Below, in pieces: positions 29,103-35,182 of a DNA stretch of 64,000 bases. The notes under the pieces were generated by a model that was not told the DNA's origin, ran no database searches, and saw only the letters and a list, made by a program, of their open reading frames with translations. The stretch spans positions 20,150 to 84,149 of IMG/VR virus record IMGVR_UViG_3300001765_000034, one strand, 5' to 3'. The DNA is from a virus. Lineage: Duplodnaviria > Caudoviricetes. A program made the position numbers and the translations under genes. How positions within the stretch are numbered: the first letter of the stretch is position 1; every line of letters starts with the position of its first letter.

Positions 29103-29795
29103 TTATTTTCTTCCCCCGGAACTTCTGTTCACAGTTCCGTTAGAATAGGTTCTACCTGAAGTTGACGAAGTCGGCCTACTATATGATGTTGGTCGGTTTG
29201 GGGTTGTATTACTTGATGAAACTCTGTTGGGTGTACTCGTATTTCTGTTTATGGTTGGTTGTACAACTCTTGTTGGAGTATTATACACTGGCCGAGTCGA
29301 TGTTCTTGGAGTATTATATGAAGGCGTATATGAGGATCTTGTTGGATGCACTCTAGTTGAAGCGCTAGTTTTATTCACCGACGTTGTATGTCCTCTCGGT
29401 CTCGAATAATAGGTATAATGATTATATGGGTGATGGTATTTAAAATAATATGAATTATATCCCCAATATGAATAGTAATGGGAAGGATAATATCTATATT
29501 CATAATAGAACGGGTCGTAATATGAACGGTAGTAAGACCTATAACCAAATGTCAATGCATATCGGTAATTTGGAAAATCATCCTCAATGTAATAGTTGTT
29601 TATGACAACATCTTTTTGTTTAGTTTGTGATTCAATATAAACGGTATCAGTCTTATATATCGTATCTGGTGTAATATCAAATCTTTCTGATTCTTGAGCC
29701 AATTTATATTTCTCATAGTTTGAAAGTTCGGTTTCTTGAGCAACCGAAACTAAACTGAAGAGAAATAACATGATAAAGAATAGTATTTTTTTCAT
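29103..29795 (-). CDS. Secreted Tyr-rich / Ser-Thr-Arg-rich protein
   Basis: Signal peptide ending VSVA-Q (Gln after the cleavage site, as in Bacteroidota), Tyr-rich middle, low-complexity tail. Confidence 0.7.
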   Translation of the reverse strand: MKKILFFIMLFLFSLVSVAQETELSNYEKYKLAQESERFDITPDTIYKTDTVYIESQTKQKDVVINNYYIEDDFPNYRYALTFGYRSYYRSYYDPFYYEYRYYPSHYYSYWGYNSYYFKYHHPYNHYTYYSRPRGHTTSVNKTSASTRVHPTRSSYTPSYNTPRTSTRPVYNTPTRVVQPTINRNTSTPNRVSSSNTTPNRPTSYSRPTSSTSGRTYSNGTVNRSSGGRK

Positions 29796-29895
29796 ATTGG
29801 AAACTTTTGTTTTTATTATTCGTACATTATACTATTATCGTGCCAAAGTTGTCTTATTTTAAACAAGTAAATATTTATTTAAAAATATTGATACT

Positions 29896-30402
29896 TTGAG
29901 AACACTACGAGAAGAAAGAATTAGGATTATTCAAATTATGGGTCATAACAATCGTGCCTTTGAACCAATTCTAACGGAAGCCGAAATTTCCGCCAAGAAA
30001 TTCCAAAACACCAGAAGTTTTGTTATCAATAATAATATTATGATATTCGGGACGCCAAATTCAAATGCTTGGGATGAACAAATTTATGCAATTGCATCAA
30101 CAGCAGGTAACAGTATTGAAACATTAAACGATTTTTTTGAAAAATTTGATTATAACCTTCTTATTAGTCAAAAAATTCTCCCAGTGTTTTATGAGGAGGA
30201 TGATAGATGTAATTTAGAATATTTTATGTCTTTTGATGAAACAACGATAAATGGTGAAAAAATAGTTACATGGCAAAATAATAGATATGAGATGACATTT
30301 GAAAAAGATAACGTTTCAAGATCGTCTCGCAAAGATAATCTGACAATTCGTGATAAGGCTGACCAAATATTGGATAGGCTTGAATACAGTACAGATTTTT
30401 AA
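29896..30402 (+). CDS. Hypothetical protein (TTG start)
   Basis: 168 aa, late motif at 29872. Confidence 0.6.
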   Translation: MRTLREERIRIIQIMGHNNRAFEPILTEAEISAKKFQNTRSFVINNNIMIFGTPNSNAWDEQIYAIASTAGNSIETLNDFFEKFDYNLLISQKILPVFYEEDDRCNLEYFMSFDETTINGEKIVTWQNNRYEMTFEKDNVSRSSRKDNLTIRDKADQILDRLEYSTDF

Positions 30403-30415
30403 AAACACAAACTTT

Positions 30416-31141
30416 ATGAAAAAATCGTTAACGGAAGAAGCCCAAAGGATTATGGAGATAATGGGAAAAATGAATTTAACTGAATTAAATGTACGATATA
30501 TGGACCAGTTACTCGATAAAATTAGTAAATCTGGTATGGAATCATTAAGTGATTACGAAAAAGAATCGTTACAAAAACTTTCAAGAGGTGAAGATACAAA
30601 AGAACCGGAAATCCATTCTCTCGGTAAATCTGAAAACACATTGAGGTTTACCACCACCGACCAAAATAATGGCCAACCACTTGCTAGACCAAAAGACGCT
30701 GGACAGACATTCGGTAAAGCCGCTCTTAAAAACGCTTATATACATGGTGAAGCAGCAGAACTTGCTGGATATGATTTACCTGTTTTTATCGATGGTGATT
30801 TATCACAATTAGATAAACCCGTAGAAGAACAAGAAATTAGGATGTTAACCAATAAAGGTGAATATGAGTGCGTTTCTGAGGTAGGCGAAGATGATGGTCG
30901 TCAGGTATATTATCTTGTATTAAAAAAACCAGAAGGTGACGAATCCGATTTTGATGATGAAGTGATGGGACTTAACGAAAATATGTCACAATATAATGTC
31001 TTCAACGATACTGAAATGAGTATTAATGAGGGAAACGCGTTTGTTGGAGCAGCCAAGAAAGCGAAAGAAGATGGAAAAGATAGTTTTGAATTAAATGGAA
31101 AAAAATATAAAGTAACGGTTAAGAAAACCGAACAATATTAA
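30416..31141 (+). CDS. Hypothetical protein (possible internal head protein)
   Basis: Start at ATG 30416, MKKSLTEEAQRIMEIMG N-terminus. Confidence 0.65.
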   Translation: MKKSLTEEAQRIMEIMGKMNLTELNVRYMDQLLDKISKSGMESLSDYEKESLQKLSRGEDTKEPEIHSLGKSENTLRFTTTDQNNGQPLARPKDAGQTFGKAALKNAYIHGEAAELAGYDLPVFIDGDLSQLDKPVEEQEIRMLTNKGEYECVSEVGEDDGRQVYYLVLKKPEGDESDFDDEVMGLNENMSQYNVFNDTEMSINEGNAFVGAAKKAKEDGKDSFELNGKKYKVTVKKTEQY

Positions 31142-31175
31142 AATAACATATATTTATTATATAAAAACCGATAAA

Positions 31176-31532
31176 ATGAAAAAAACGTTAGAAGAACAAA
31201 AAAAGAGAATAACTCAACTTATGAGACCTATTAACGAATTAATTCATGTTAACGATATGGATTTAGACGGTGAAAATACAAATTTTGATTCGTCTCAAGA
31301 ATTAAAACCCATTATGGATCAATTAAAAGATGCAATGAGGAAATATCAAGAACTATCAAAAAGAACACCTGTTCCAGGAACTGGAAGTCCTTATCCGACT
31401 GAAAACCTAAAGGAGTCTTTTTTGAAGTGGATGTCATTTATGTGGGAAAGAGTTAAAGAAGGTAACGATTCCGTTGAAGGACAGCTCAAGAATTACCCTA
31501 TTAAACCTAATGATCCAACAGAAATGAATTAA
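31176..31532 (+). CDS. Hypothetical protein (possible internal head protein)
   Basis: MKKTLEEQKKRITQLM N-terminus, late motif at 31151. Confidence 0.65.
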   Translation: MKKTLEEQKKRITQLMRPINELIHVNDMDLDGENTNFDSSQELKPIMDQLKDAMRKYQELSKRTPVPGTGSPYPTENLKESFLKWMSFMWERVKEGNDSVEGQLKNYPIKPNDPTEMN

Positions 31533-31579
31533 TTTAGTTCTCAATAAAATAAAAATAATTAAACATTTTTTAAAAAACA

Positions 31580-31611
31580 TTTGGCAAATCCAAAAAAATG
31601 ATTTACATTTG
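31580..31611 (+). promoter_or_regulatory. Bacteroidota sigma-A-type promoter of tRNA array 1
   Basis: TTTG at 31580-31583 and TACATTTG at 31604-31611, 20-nt spacing. Confidence 0.75.
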
Positions 31612-31662
31612 TACCATAATTGAGAAAAAACAAAATTTGAACATATTTAATATAAAGAAACA

Positions 31663-31761
31663 ATGAGAAATTTACTCGACATATTATTGGTGGCTGCAGC
31701 GGTTGAAGTCCTATTATGGGCTGATGAGGATGCACGAAAAAATGTCGGGTGTAAAATATAA
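31663..31761 (+). CDS. Leader peptide of tRNA array 1, MRNLLDILLVAAAVEVLLWADEDARKNVGCKI
   Basis: 32-codon ORF with an A-rich upstream region, overlapping attenuator segments 1 and 2. Confidence 0.7.
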   Translation: MRNLLDILLVAAAVEVLLWADEDARKNVGCKI

Positions 31762-31819
31762 CTATTTACATACATGTTCTACTTAAAGAACCCGACATCT
31801 ACCAAGAGTCGGGTTTTTT
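31671..31819 (+). promoter_or_regulatory. Four-segment transcription attenuator upstream of tRNA array 1
   Basis: 1 ACTCGACAT 31674-82; 2 ATGTCGGGT 31742-50; 3 AACCCGACAT 31789-98; 4 GTCGGGTT 31808-15 plus T-run; 1:2, 2:3 and 3:4 are all complementary. Confidence 0.75.
31789..31819 (+). terminator. Attenuator terminator (3:4)
   Basis: AACCCGAC/GTCGGGTT stem with inner TCT/AGA pairs, followed by a T-run. Confidence 0.85.
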
Positions 31820-31836
31820 GTTTTTAGGTATGTATT

Positions 31837-31848
31837 GTTCTTTGACAT
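31837..31848 (+). promoter_or_regulatory. boxA-like antitermination element
   Basis: GTTCTTTGACAT, identical copy at 34589, resembles rrn boxA (GCTCTTTAACA). Confidence 0.55.
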
Positions 31849-31859
31849 GATGGAAATTT

Positions 31860-31933
31860 AGTGCGTTAGTTCAGTTGGCTAGAATGCCGCCCTGTCACGG
31901 CGGAGGTCACGGGTTCGAGCCCCGTACGCACTG
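31860..31933 (+). tRNA. tRNA-Asp(GUC)
   Basis: AGTGCGT/ACGCACT acceptor, CCGCC-CTGTCAC-GGCGG anticodon arm, TTCGAGC T-loop; no encoded CCA. Confidence 0.95.
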
Positions 31934-32045
31934 CAATCTCAACCGAAAGTAAGTAGGTTACTGGTGAAGCGGGGGTGAGGACCCTAAGCTGATGGGTTCG
32001 AAGCCCACCAGCGCATGAAAAGCAAAAAACAGTTTGGGGATTATC

Positions 32046-32116
32046 GAGGCCGTCGTATAATGGCTAGTAGTACCGCCCTGTCACGGCGGAGGAGGGGTTC
32101 GAATCCCACGGTCTCG
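32046..32116 (+). tRNA. tRNA-Asp(GUC), second copy
   Basis: GAGGCCG/CGGTCTC acceptor, same anticodon arm, short variable loop. Confidence 0.85.
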
Positions 32117-32118
32117 GC

Positions 32119-32288
32119 TATTCTTTAGTGTAATTGAGTTAGGATTGAAAGGAGTCATGACCTGGAGATTACTATACGAAGAAACATCAATCCTGTAATC
32201 ACGGCCGGGGTTATTAGGGGAGATGATTTTTAGTGAGAGCATACCGGGCATGCGGCTCGGAGGTGAGGTTAGAGACCTTAAAGAATAA
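32119..32288 (+). ncRNA. tRNA-like element with about 100 nt inserted in the D-loop
   Basis: TATTCTT/AAGAATA acceptor, GTGT/GCAT D-stem, CCGGG-CATGCGG-CTCGG arm, TGAGG-TTAGAGA-CCTTA T-like arm. Confidence 0.4.
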
Positions 32289-32328
32289 AAAATACTGTGT
32301 TAGGTAAATGGTAATAAATGTTAAAACA

Positions 32329-32439
32329 ATGAAGAAGAAAGAAACGTCTGGAAATTCTAGACAAAAAGTAGATTTCAAAGTAATTCCAAAAGAAGAACTT
32401 GAAAAAAATCGAAGTAAGGCATATGATTACTTGATTTAA
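32329..32439 (+). CDS. Small basic ORF within tRNA array (36 aa)
   Basis: MKKKETSGNSRQKVDFKVIPKEELEKNRSKAYDYLI with an A-rich upstream region. Confidence 0.4.
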   Translation: MKKKETSGNSRQKVDFKVIPKEELEKNRSKAYDYLI

Positions 32440-32454
32440 GTATGGTATTTAAAC

Positions 32455-32528
32455 GCTGCGTTAGGCAAATTGGTTAAGCCGTCAGACCTTCAATCTGAAG
32501 ATTAGGGGTTCGACCCCCCTACGCAGTA
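32455..32528 (+). tRNA. tRNA-Glu(UUC), C33 variant
   Basis: GCTGCGT/ACGCAGT acceptor, TCAGA-CCTTCAA-TCTGA arm. Confidence 0.88.
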
Positions 32529-32620
32529 CGAGGTTCAGTGTGAAATAGAAAGGTTTCTGAGGTTTGTTCATACTGAGGTTCAGTATAACCTTGATTATAG
32601 GTCAAAAAAAATCTCGCCAC

Positions 32621-32692
32621 GCTCGGTTCGTCTAACGGTCAGGACAAATGGTTTTCATCCATTAAATAGGAGTTCGATTCTCCTACCGAGTA
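32621..32692 (+). tRNA. tRNA-Glu(UUC)
   Basis: GCTCGGT/ACCGAGT acceptor, AATGG-TTTTCAT-CCATT arm. Confidence 0.93.
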
Positions 32693-32735
32693 CTTTAATT
32701 TTTTGTATTCTCTTAGTATTTATTTTAAACATTAT

Positions 32736-32820
32736 GCTCCTTTAGCTCAGCGGTCAAGAGCACCTGTTTTACAAGCAGGAGGCGAATAGTATCACGGTGG
32801 TTCGAATCCATCAAGGAGTA
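32736..32820 (+). tRNA. tRNA-Val(UAC) with long variable region
   Basis: GCTCCTT/AAGGAGT acceptor, CCTGT-TTTACAA-GCAGG arm, 16-nt variable region. Confidence 0.88.
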
Positions 32821-32939
32821 CATACGGTTAGGACCGTTATAGCTACGGCTATTAGGGGTGGGATGTTCGCTGCTGACCACCCCTTTATTTTAATTATCCC
32901 ACAAATTTTATAGATAGATGAACAAAGAGATTAAATAAT

Positions 32940-33023
32940 CTCGAAGTGGCGGAATTGGTAGACGCGCTAGCCTAAGGAGCTAGTTCCCGAAAGGGAGTGT
33001 GGGTTCGAGTCCCACCTTCGAGA
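32940..33023 (+). tRNA. tRNA-Leu(AAG)
   Basis: CTCGAAG/CTTCGAG acceptor, CTAGC-CTAAGGA-GCTAG arm, TCCC-GAAA-GGGA variable arm. Confidence 0.92.
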
Positions 33024-33164
33024 CAAAAGGTTCATGACGGAACTAAGCAGATGTTGACCGCGTAACCTGTGCCGAGTGTTCTTGGATGTGAAGGAGTAAT
33101 ACCTTCAGACTCATTATGTGGATCTGCAAAAGCGTAATGGTTGAACTACTAAAAAGGCACAAAT

Positions 33165-33248
33165 GCAGACGTGGCGGAATTGGTAGACGCGCCAGACTTA
33201 GGATCTGGTGCCCGGAAGGGCGTGTGGGTTCGAGTCCCACCTTCTGTA
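33165..33248 (+). tRNA. tRNA-Leu(UAG)
   Basis: CCAGA-CTTAGGA-TCTGG arm, class II variable arm. Confidence 0.93.
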
Positions 33249-33303
33249 CGTTTAGACCGTTTAGAATTTTTATTAGTACTGAAGTAGCGTAGAAAATTCA
33301 CTT

Positions 33304-33375
33304 GGGGAATTCGTATAGTGGCTATTATAATTGCCTTGCACGCAATGGACGGGGTTTCGATTACCCCATTCTCCA
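33304..33375 (+). tRNA. tRNA-Ala(UGC)
   Basis: GGGGAAT/ATTCTCC acceptor with G3:U70, ATTGC-CTTGCAC-GCAAT arm. Confidence 0.92.
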
Positions 33376-33403
33376 CTTTGACGGTTCGGAAAGACGAACA
33401 AAC

Positions 33404-33478
33404 GCGGGTGTAGCTCAGCTGGCTAGAGCGTCTGATTTGCAATCAGAAGGTCGTGGGTTCGAAGCCCACTACTCTGCA
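33404..33478 (+). tRNA. tRNA-Ala(UGC), second copy with bulged acceptor
   Basis: TCTGA-TTTGCAA-TCAGA arm, G3:U pair, one extra nucleotide in the 3' acceptor strand. Confidence 0.8.
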
Positions 33479-33594
33479 CAGGAGGGGTAGATTTATCAGG
33501 AGTCCTATTGATACGGATGAATACCCAGCATGGTGTGGTTACTATTTAAAATGAAACCGTCAGCAAAACTACATACGATGAAAAAGTAACAAAT

Positions 33595-33674
33595 GGCTCT
33601 GTGGATTATGTAAACTGGCACAGCTAACGGGCTTAAACCCCGATCTTTTGTGGGTTCGAGTCCCACCAGGGCTA
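33595..33674 (+). tRNA. Atypical tRNA with UAA (Leu) anticodon
   Basis: GGCTCTG/CAGGGCT acceptor, CGGG-CTTAAAC-CCCG arm, normal T arm; 7-nt connector before the D stem; no long variable arm. Confidence 0.7.
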
Positions 33675-33680
33675 CAATTA

Positions 33681-33814
33681 TATTTCGTGGTGGAATTGGT
33701 ATACACACCTGACTGAATCCCAAAAATGGATTACCTATATGCGGGCTGGATCGGGCGTTTAAGTAGTAAGGTATTCTACGAAAGAAATTGCGGGTTCGAG
33801 TCCCGTCGAAATGT
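33681..33814 (+). tRNA. Class II tRNA body with about 50 nt inserted in the anticodon loop (intron-like or pseudo-tRNA)
   Basis: TATTTCG/CGAAATG acceptor, GTG-GAATTGGTATA-CAC D arm, GCGGG-TTCGAGT-CCCGT T arm; anticodon arm interrupted. Confidence 0.55.
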
Positions 33815-33822
33815 AATTATTC

Positions 33823-33902
33823 GGCTCTGTGGATTATGTAAACTGGCACAGCTAACCGGCTCAAACCCGGATCTTTTGTGGGTTCGATTCCCACCAGGGC
33901 TA
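33823..33902 (+). tRNA. Atypical tRNA with CAA (Leu) anticodon, twin of 33595-33674
   Basis: Same body apart from one T-loop base, CCGG-CTCAAAC-CCGG arm. Confidence 0.7.
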
Positions 33903-33944
33903 CTATATTTTTGATTTTTTCCATATTTATAATAAACTGAAAGT

Positions 33945-34121
33945 ATGTGGCAATATAAACGTATTGGATATCAATTTCATTTATTAAGAGACATGGAAGC
34001 TCAACTAAATAAAGATGGTGAGGATGGTTGGGAAATCATCTATTATACCGAAACAAAACCTGTAAAATTATCTGATTATTATGTCTCAGATATACTTTAC
34101 AAAAAATACGTCAATTGCTGA
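33945..34121 (+). CDS. DUF4177-like small protein
   Basis: MWQYK...LNKDGEDGWEII pattern; late motif at 33924; 3' end overlaps tRNA-Trp. Confidence 0.6.
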   Translation: MWQYKRIGYQFHLLRDMEAQLNKDGEDGWEIIYYTETKPVKLSDYYVSDILYKKYVNC

Positions 34122-34190
34122 GTGGTTAAAAGCGTTGGTCTCCAAAACCAATCTCGAAAGAGTTCGTGGGTTCGAATCCTACTTGGCGTG
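34108..34190 (+). tRNA. tRNA-Trp(CCA) with long variable arm
   Basis: ACGTCAA/TTGGCGT acceptor, G73, TTGGT-CTCCAAA-ACCAA arm, CTC-GAAA-GAG variable hairpin. Confidence 0.88.
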
Positions 34191-34307
34191 CAAAAATTTC
34201 CATCTAGTCTGTATTAACATTAACTATTAGAAATGAGGAGATTACATTAAGTTAATAATTAACTTAAATAAAAAATCTTTAATTTAATAAGAAAGTTTAA
34301 CTTTTAC

Positions 34308-34338
34308 TTGGTATTTATAATTTTATTACATATATTTG
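34308..34338 (+). promoter_or_regulatory. Promoter region of tRNA array 2 (host-type -7 box plus late motif)
   Basis: TTG at 34308-10, TATTTATA at 34312-19, TATATTTG at 34331-38. Confidence 0.7.
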
Positions 34339-34360
34339 TACAGAATTAATATTTGAAACA

Positions 34361-34441
34361 ATGAGAACTTTATTACATCAGCGCCCCCAAGGACAACCAC
34401 CAGTGGTTGAACGGGAGACTTGTGTTCTAAATTTTTCGTAA
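34361..34441 (+). CDS. Leader peptide of tRNA array 2, MRTLLHQRPQGQPPVVERETCVLNFS
   Basis: 26-codon ORF whose start context GAAACAATGAGAA is identical to leader 1. Confidence 0.7.
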   Translation: MRTLLHQRPQGQPPVVERETCVLNFS

Positions 34442-34500
34442 TTCGAGAGTTTTTAGATTAGACAAAAGAAACCCCGTTCAGTAATGAATGGGGTTTTTTT
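34383..34500 (+). promoter_or_regulatory. Transcription attenuator upstream of tRNA array 2
   Basis: 1:2 hairpin CAACCA/TGGTTG (34394-99/34404-09); 2:3 TGAACGGG/CCCGTTCA (34408-15/34473-80); 3:4 terminator. Confidence 0.72.
34469..34500 (+). terminator. Attenuator terminator (3:4)
   Basis: AAACCCCGTTCA-GTAA-TGAATGGGGTTT followed by a T-run. Confidence 0.85.
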
Positions 34501-34508
34501 ATTTAAAA

Positions 34509-34583
34509 CTGGGTGTATTGCAGATGGTTATACTACCGTGCCCTGGAAGCACGGGTCCGCAGGTTCGAATCCTGCCACCCAGA
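34509..34583 (+). tRNA. tRNA-Pro(UGG), C33/A37 variant
   Basis: CTGGGTG/CACCCAG acceptor, A73, CGTGC-CCTGGAA-GCACG arm. Confidence 0.88.
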
Positions 34584-34588
34584 CGATT

Positions 34589-34600
34589 GTTCTTTGACAT
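34589..34600 (+). promoter_or_regulatory. boxA-like antitermination element
   Basis: GTTCTTTGACAT, identical to 31837-31848. Confidence 0.55.
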
Positions 34601-34605
34601 TTAAT

Positions 34606-34692
34606 GCACCTGTATCCCCCTAGTCTTCGAAACTTTCGAAACTAGAGAGCGGTAATTGGATGAGAATATGGGTTCGAATCCCTTCAGGTGTA
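34606..34692 (+). ncRNA. tRNA-like element with rearranged arms and a UCG anticodon-like loop
   Basis: GCACCTG/CAGGTGT acceptor, TTCGAAT T-loop; CTAGT-CTTCGAA-ACT(AG) directly after the acceptor, 9-nt duplication TTCGAAACT, GGTAATTGG afterwards. Confidence 0.5.
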
Positions 34693-34698
34693 CAATTC

Positions 34699-34770
34699 GC
34701 ACCCGTAGTTCAATGGATAGAACACTAGACTACGGATCTTGAGATTGAGGTTCGAGTCCTCCCGGGTGTA
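34699..34770 (+). tRNA. tRNA-Arg(ACG)
   Basis: GCACCCG/CGGGTGT acceptor, CTAGA-CTACGGA-TCTTG arm. Confidence 0.9.
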
Positions 34771-34828
34771 CAATTATCGGTTAAATAACCTATAAATATA
34801 ATTTATCGGTTGTGGAGACGATAAATTT

Positions 34829-34913
34829 CGGGATGTGGTGTAGTTGGTAGCATACGTGTTTTGGGAACATGGGGGAACGCAAGTCATCGCAGGTTCGAGT
34901 CCTGCCATCCCGA
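34829..34913 (+). tRNA. tRNA-Pro(UGG) with long variable region
   Basis: CGGGATG/CATCCCG acceptor, CGTGT-TTTGGGA-ACATG arm with G37. Confidence 0.9.
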
Positions 34914-34916
34914 CTA

Positions 34917-35054
34917 AAGTTAATCGTCCGTCATATGAAGATTTAATAACAGAAATAAATATTTTTGGATACTCAGCAACTGGCAGAAAATATGGAGTAA
35001 GTGACGTGTCAATAAAAAAATGGAAAGAAAAATATGAAAAAGATTTAATAAATG
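34917..35054 (+). pseudogene. Remnant HTH domain of an HNH-type homing endonuclease
   Basis: Reading frame KVNRPSYEDLITEINIFGYSATGRKYGVSDVSIKKWK without its own start or nuclease domain, between tRNA-Pro and tRNA-His. Confidence 0.5.
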
Positions 35055-35140
35055 GTGTATGTAGCCGGTAATTGGTGTCCGACCAGCCTGTGAAGCTGGA
35101 ATCTGAAAAGACCATGTGGGTTCAAGTCCCATCATTCACC
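35054..35140 (+). tRNA. tRNA-His(GUG) with long variable arm
   Basis: G-1:C73 identity pair, CCAGC-CTGTGAA-GCTGG arm, TCT-GAAA-AGA variable hairpin. Confidence 0.88.
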
Positions 35141-35182
35141 CAAAAGCGTGATATTTTGATTTATCACTTTATTACGCGATAT

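Noticed and set aside
31721-31739. Hammerhead-like core CTGATGAG...CGAAA
   Set aside because: Stem II would be a single pair and I found no stems I/III with a cleavage triplet; the sequence is explained as Ala-Asp-Glu-Asp-Ala-Arg codons of leader 1
31620-31830. T-box riboswitch as the regulator of the tRNA arrays
   Set aside because: No stem I AG/GA motifs or UGGNACC T-box bulge seen in either leader; the regions are short and contain open reading frames instead
32529-32605. Short direct repeats GAGGTTCAGT / CTGAGGTT between the tRNA-Glu genes
   Set aside because: Only two or three short imperfect copies with no regular spacing; not enough to call an element
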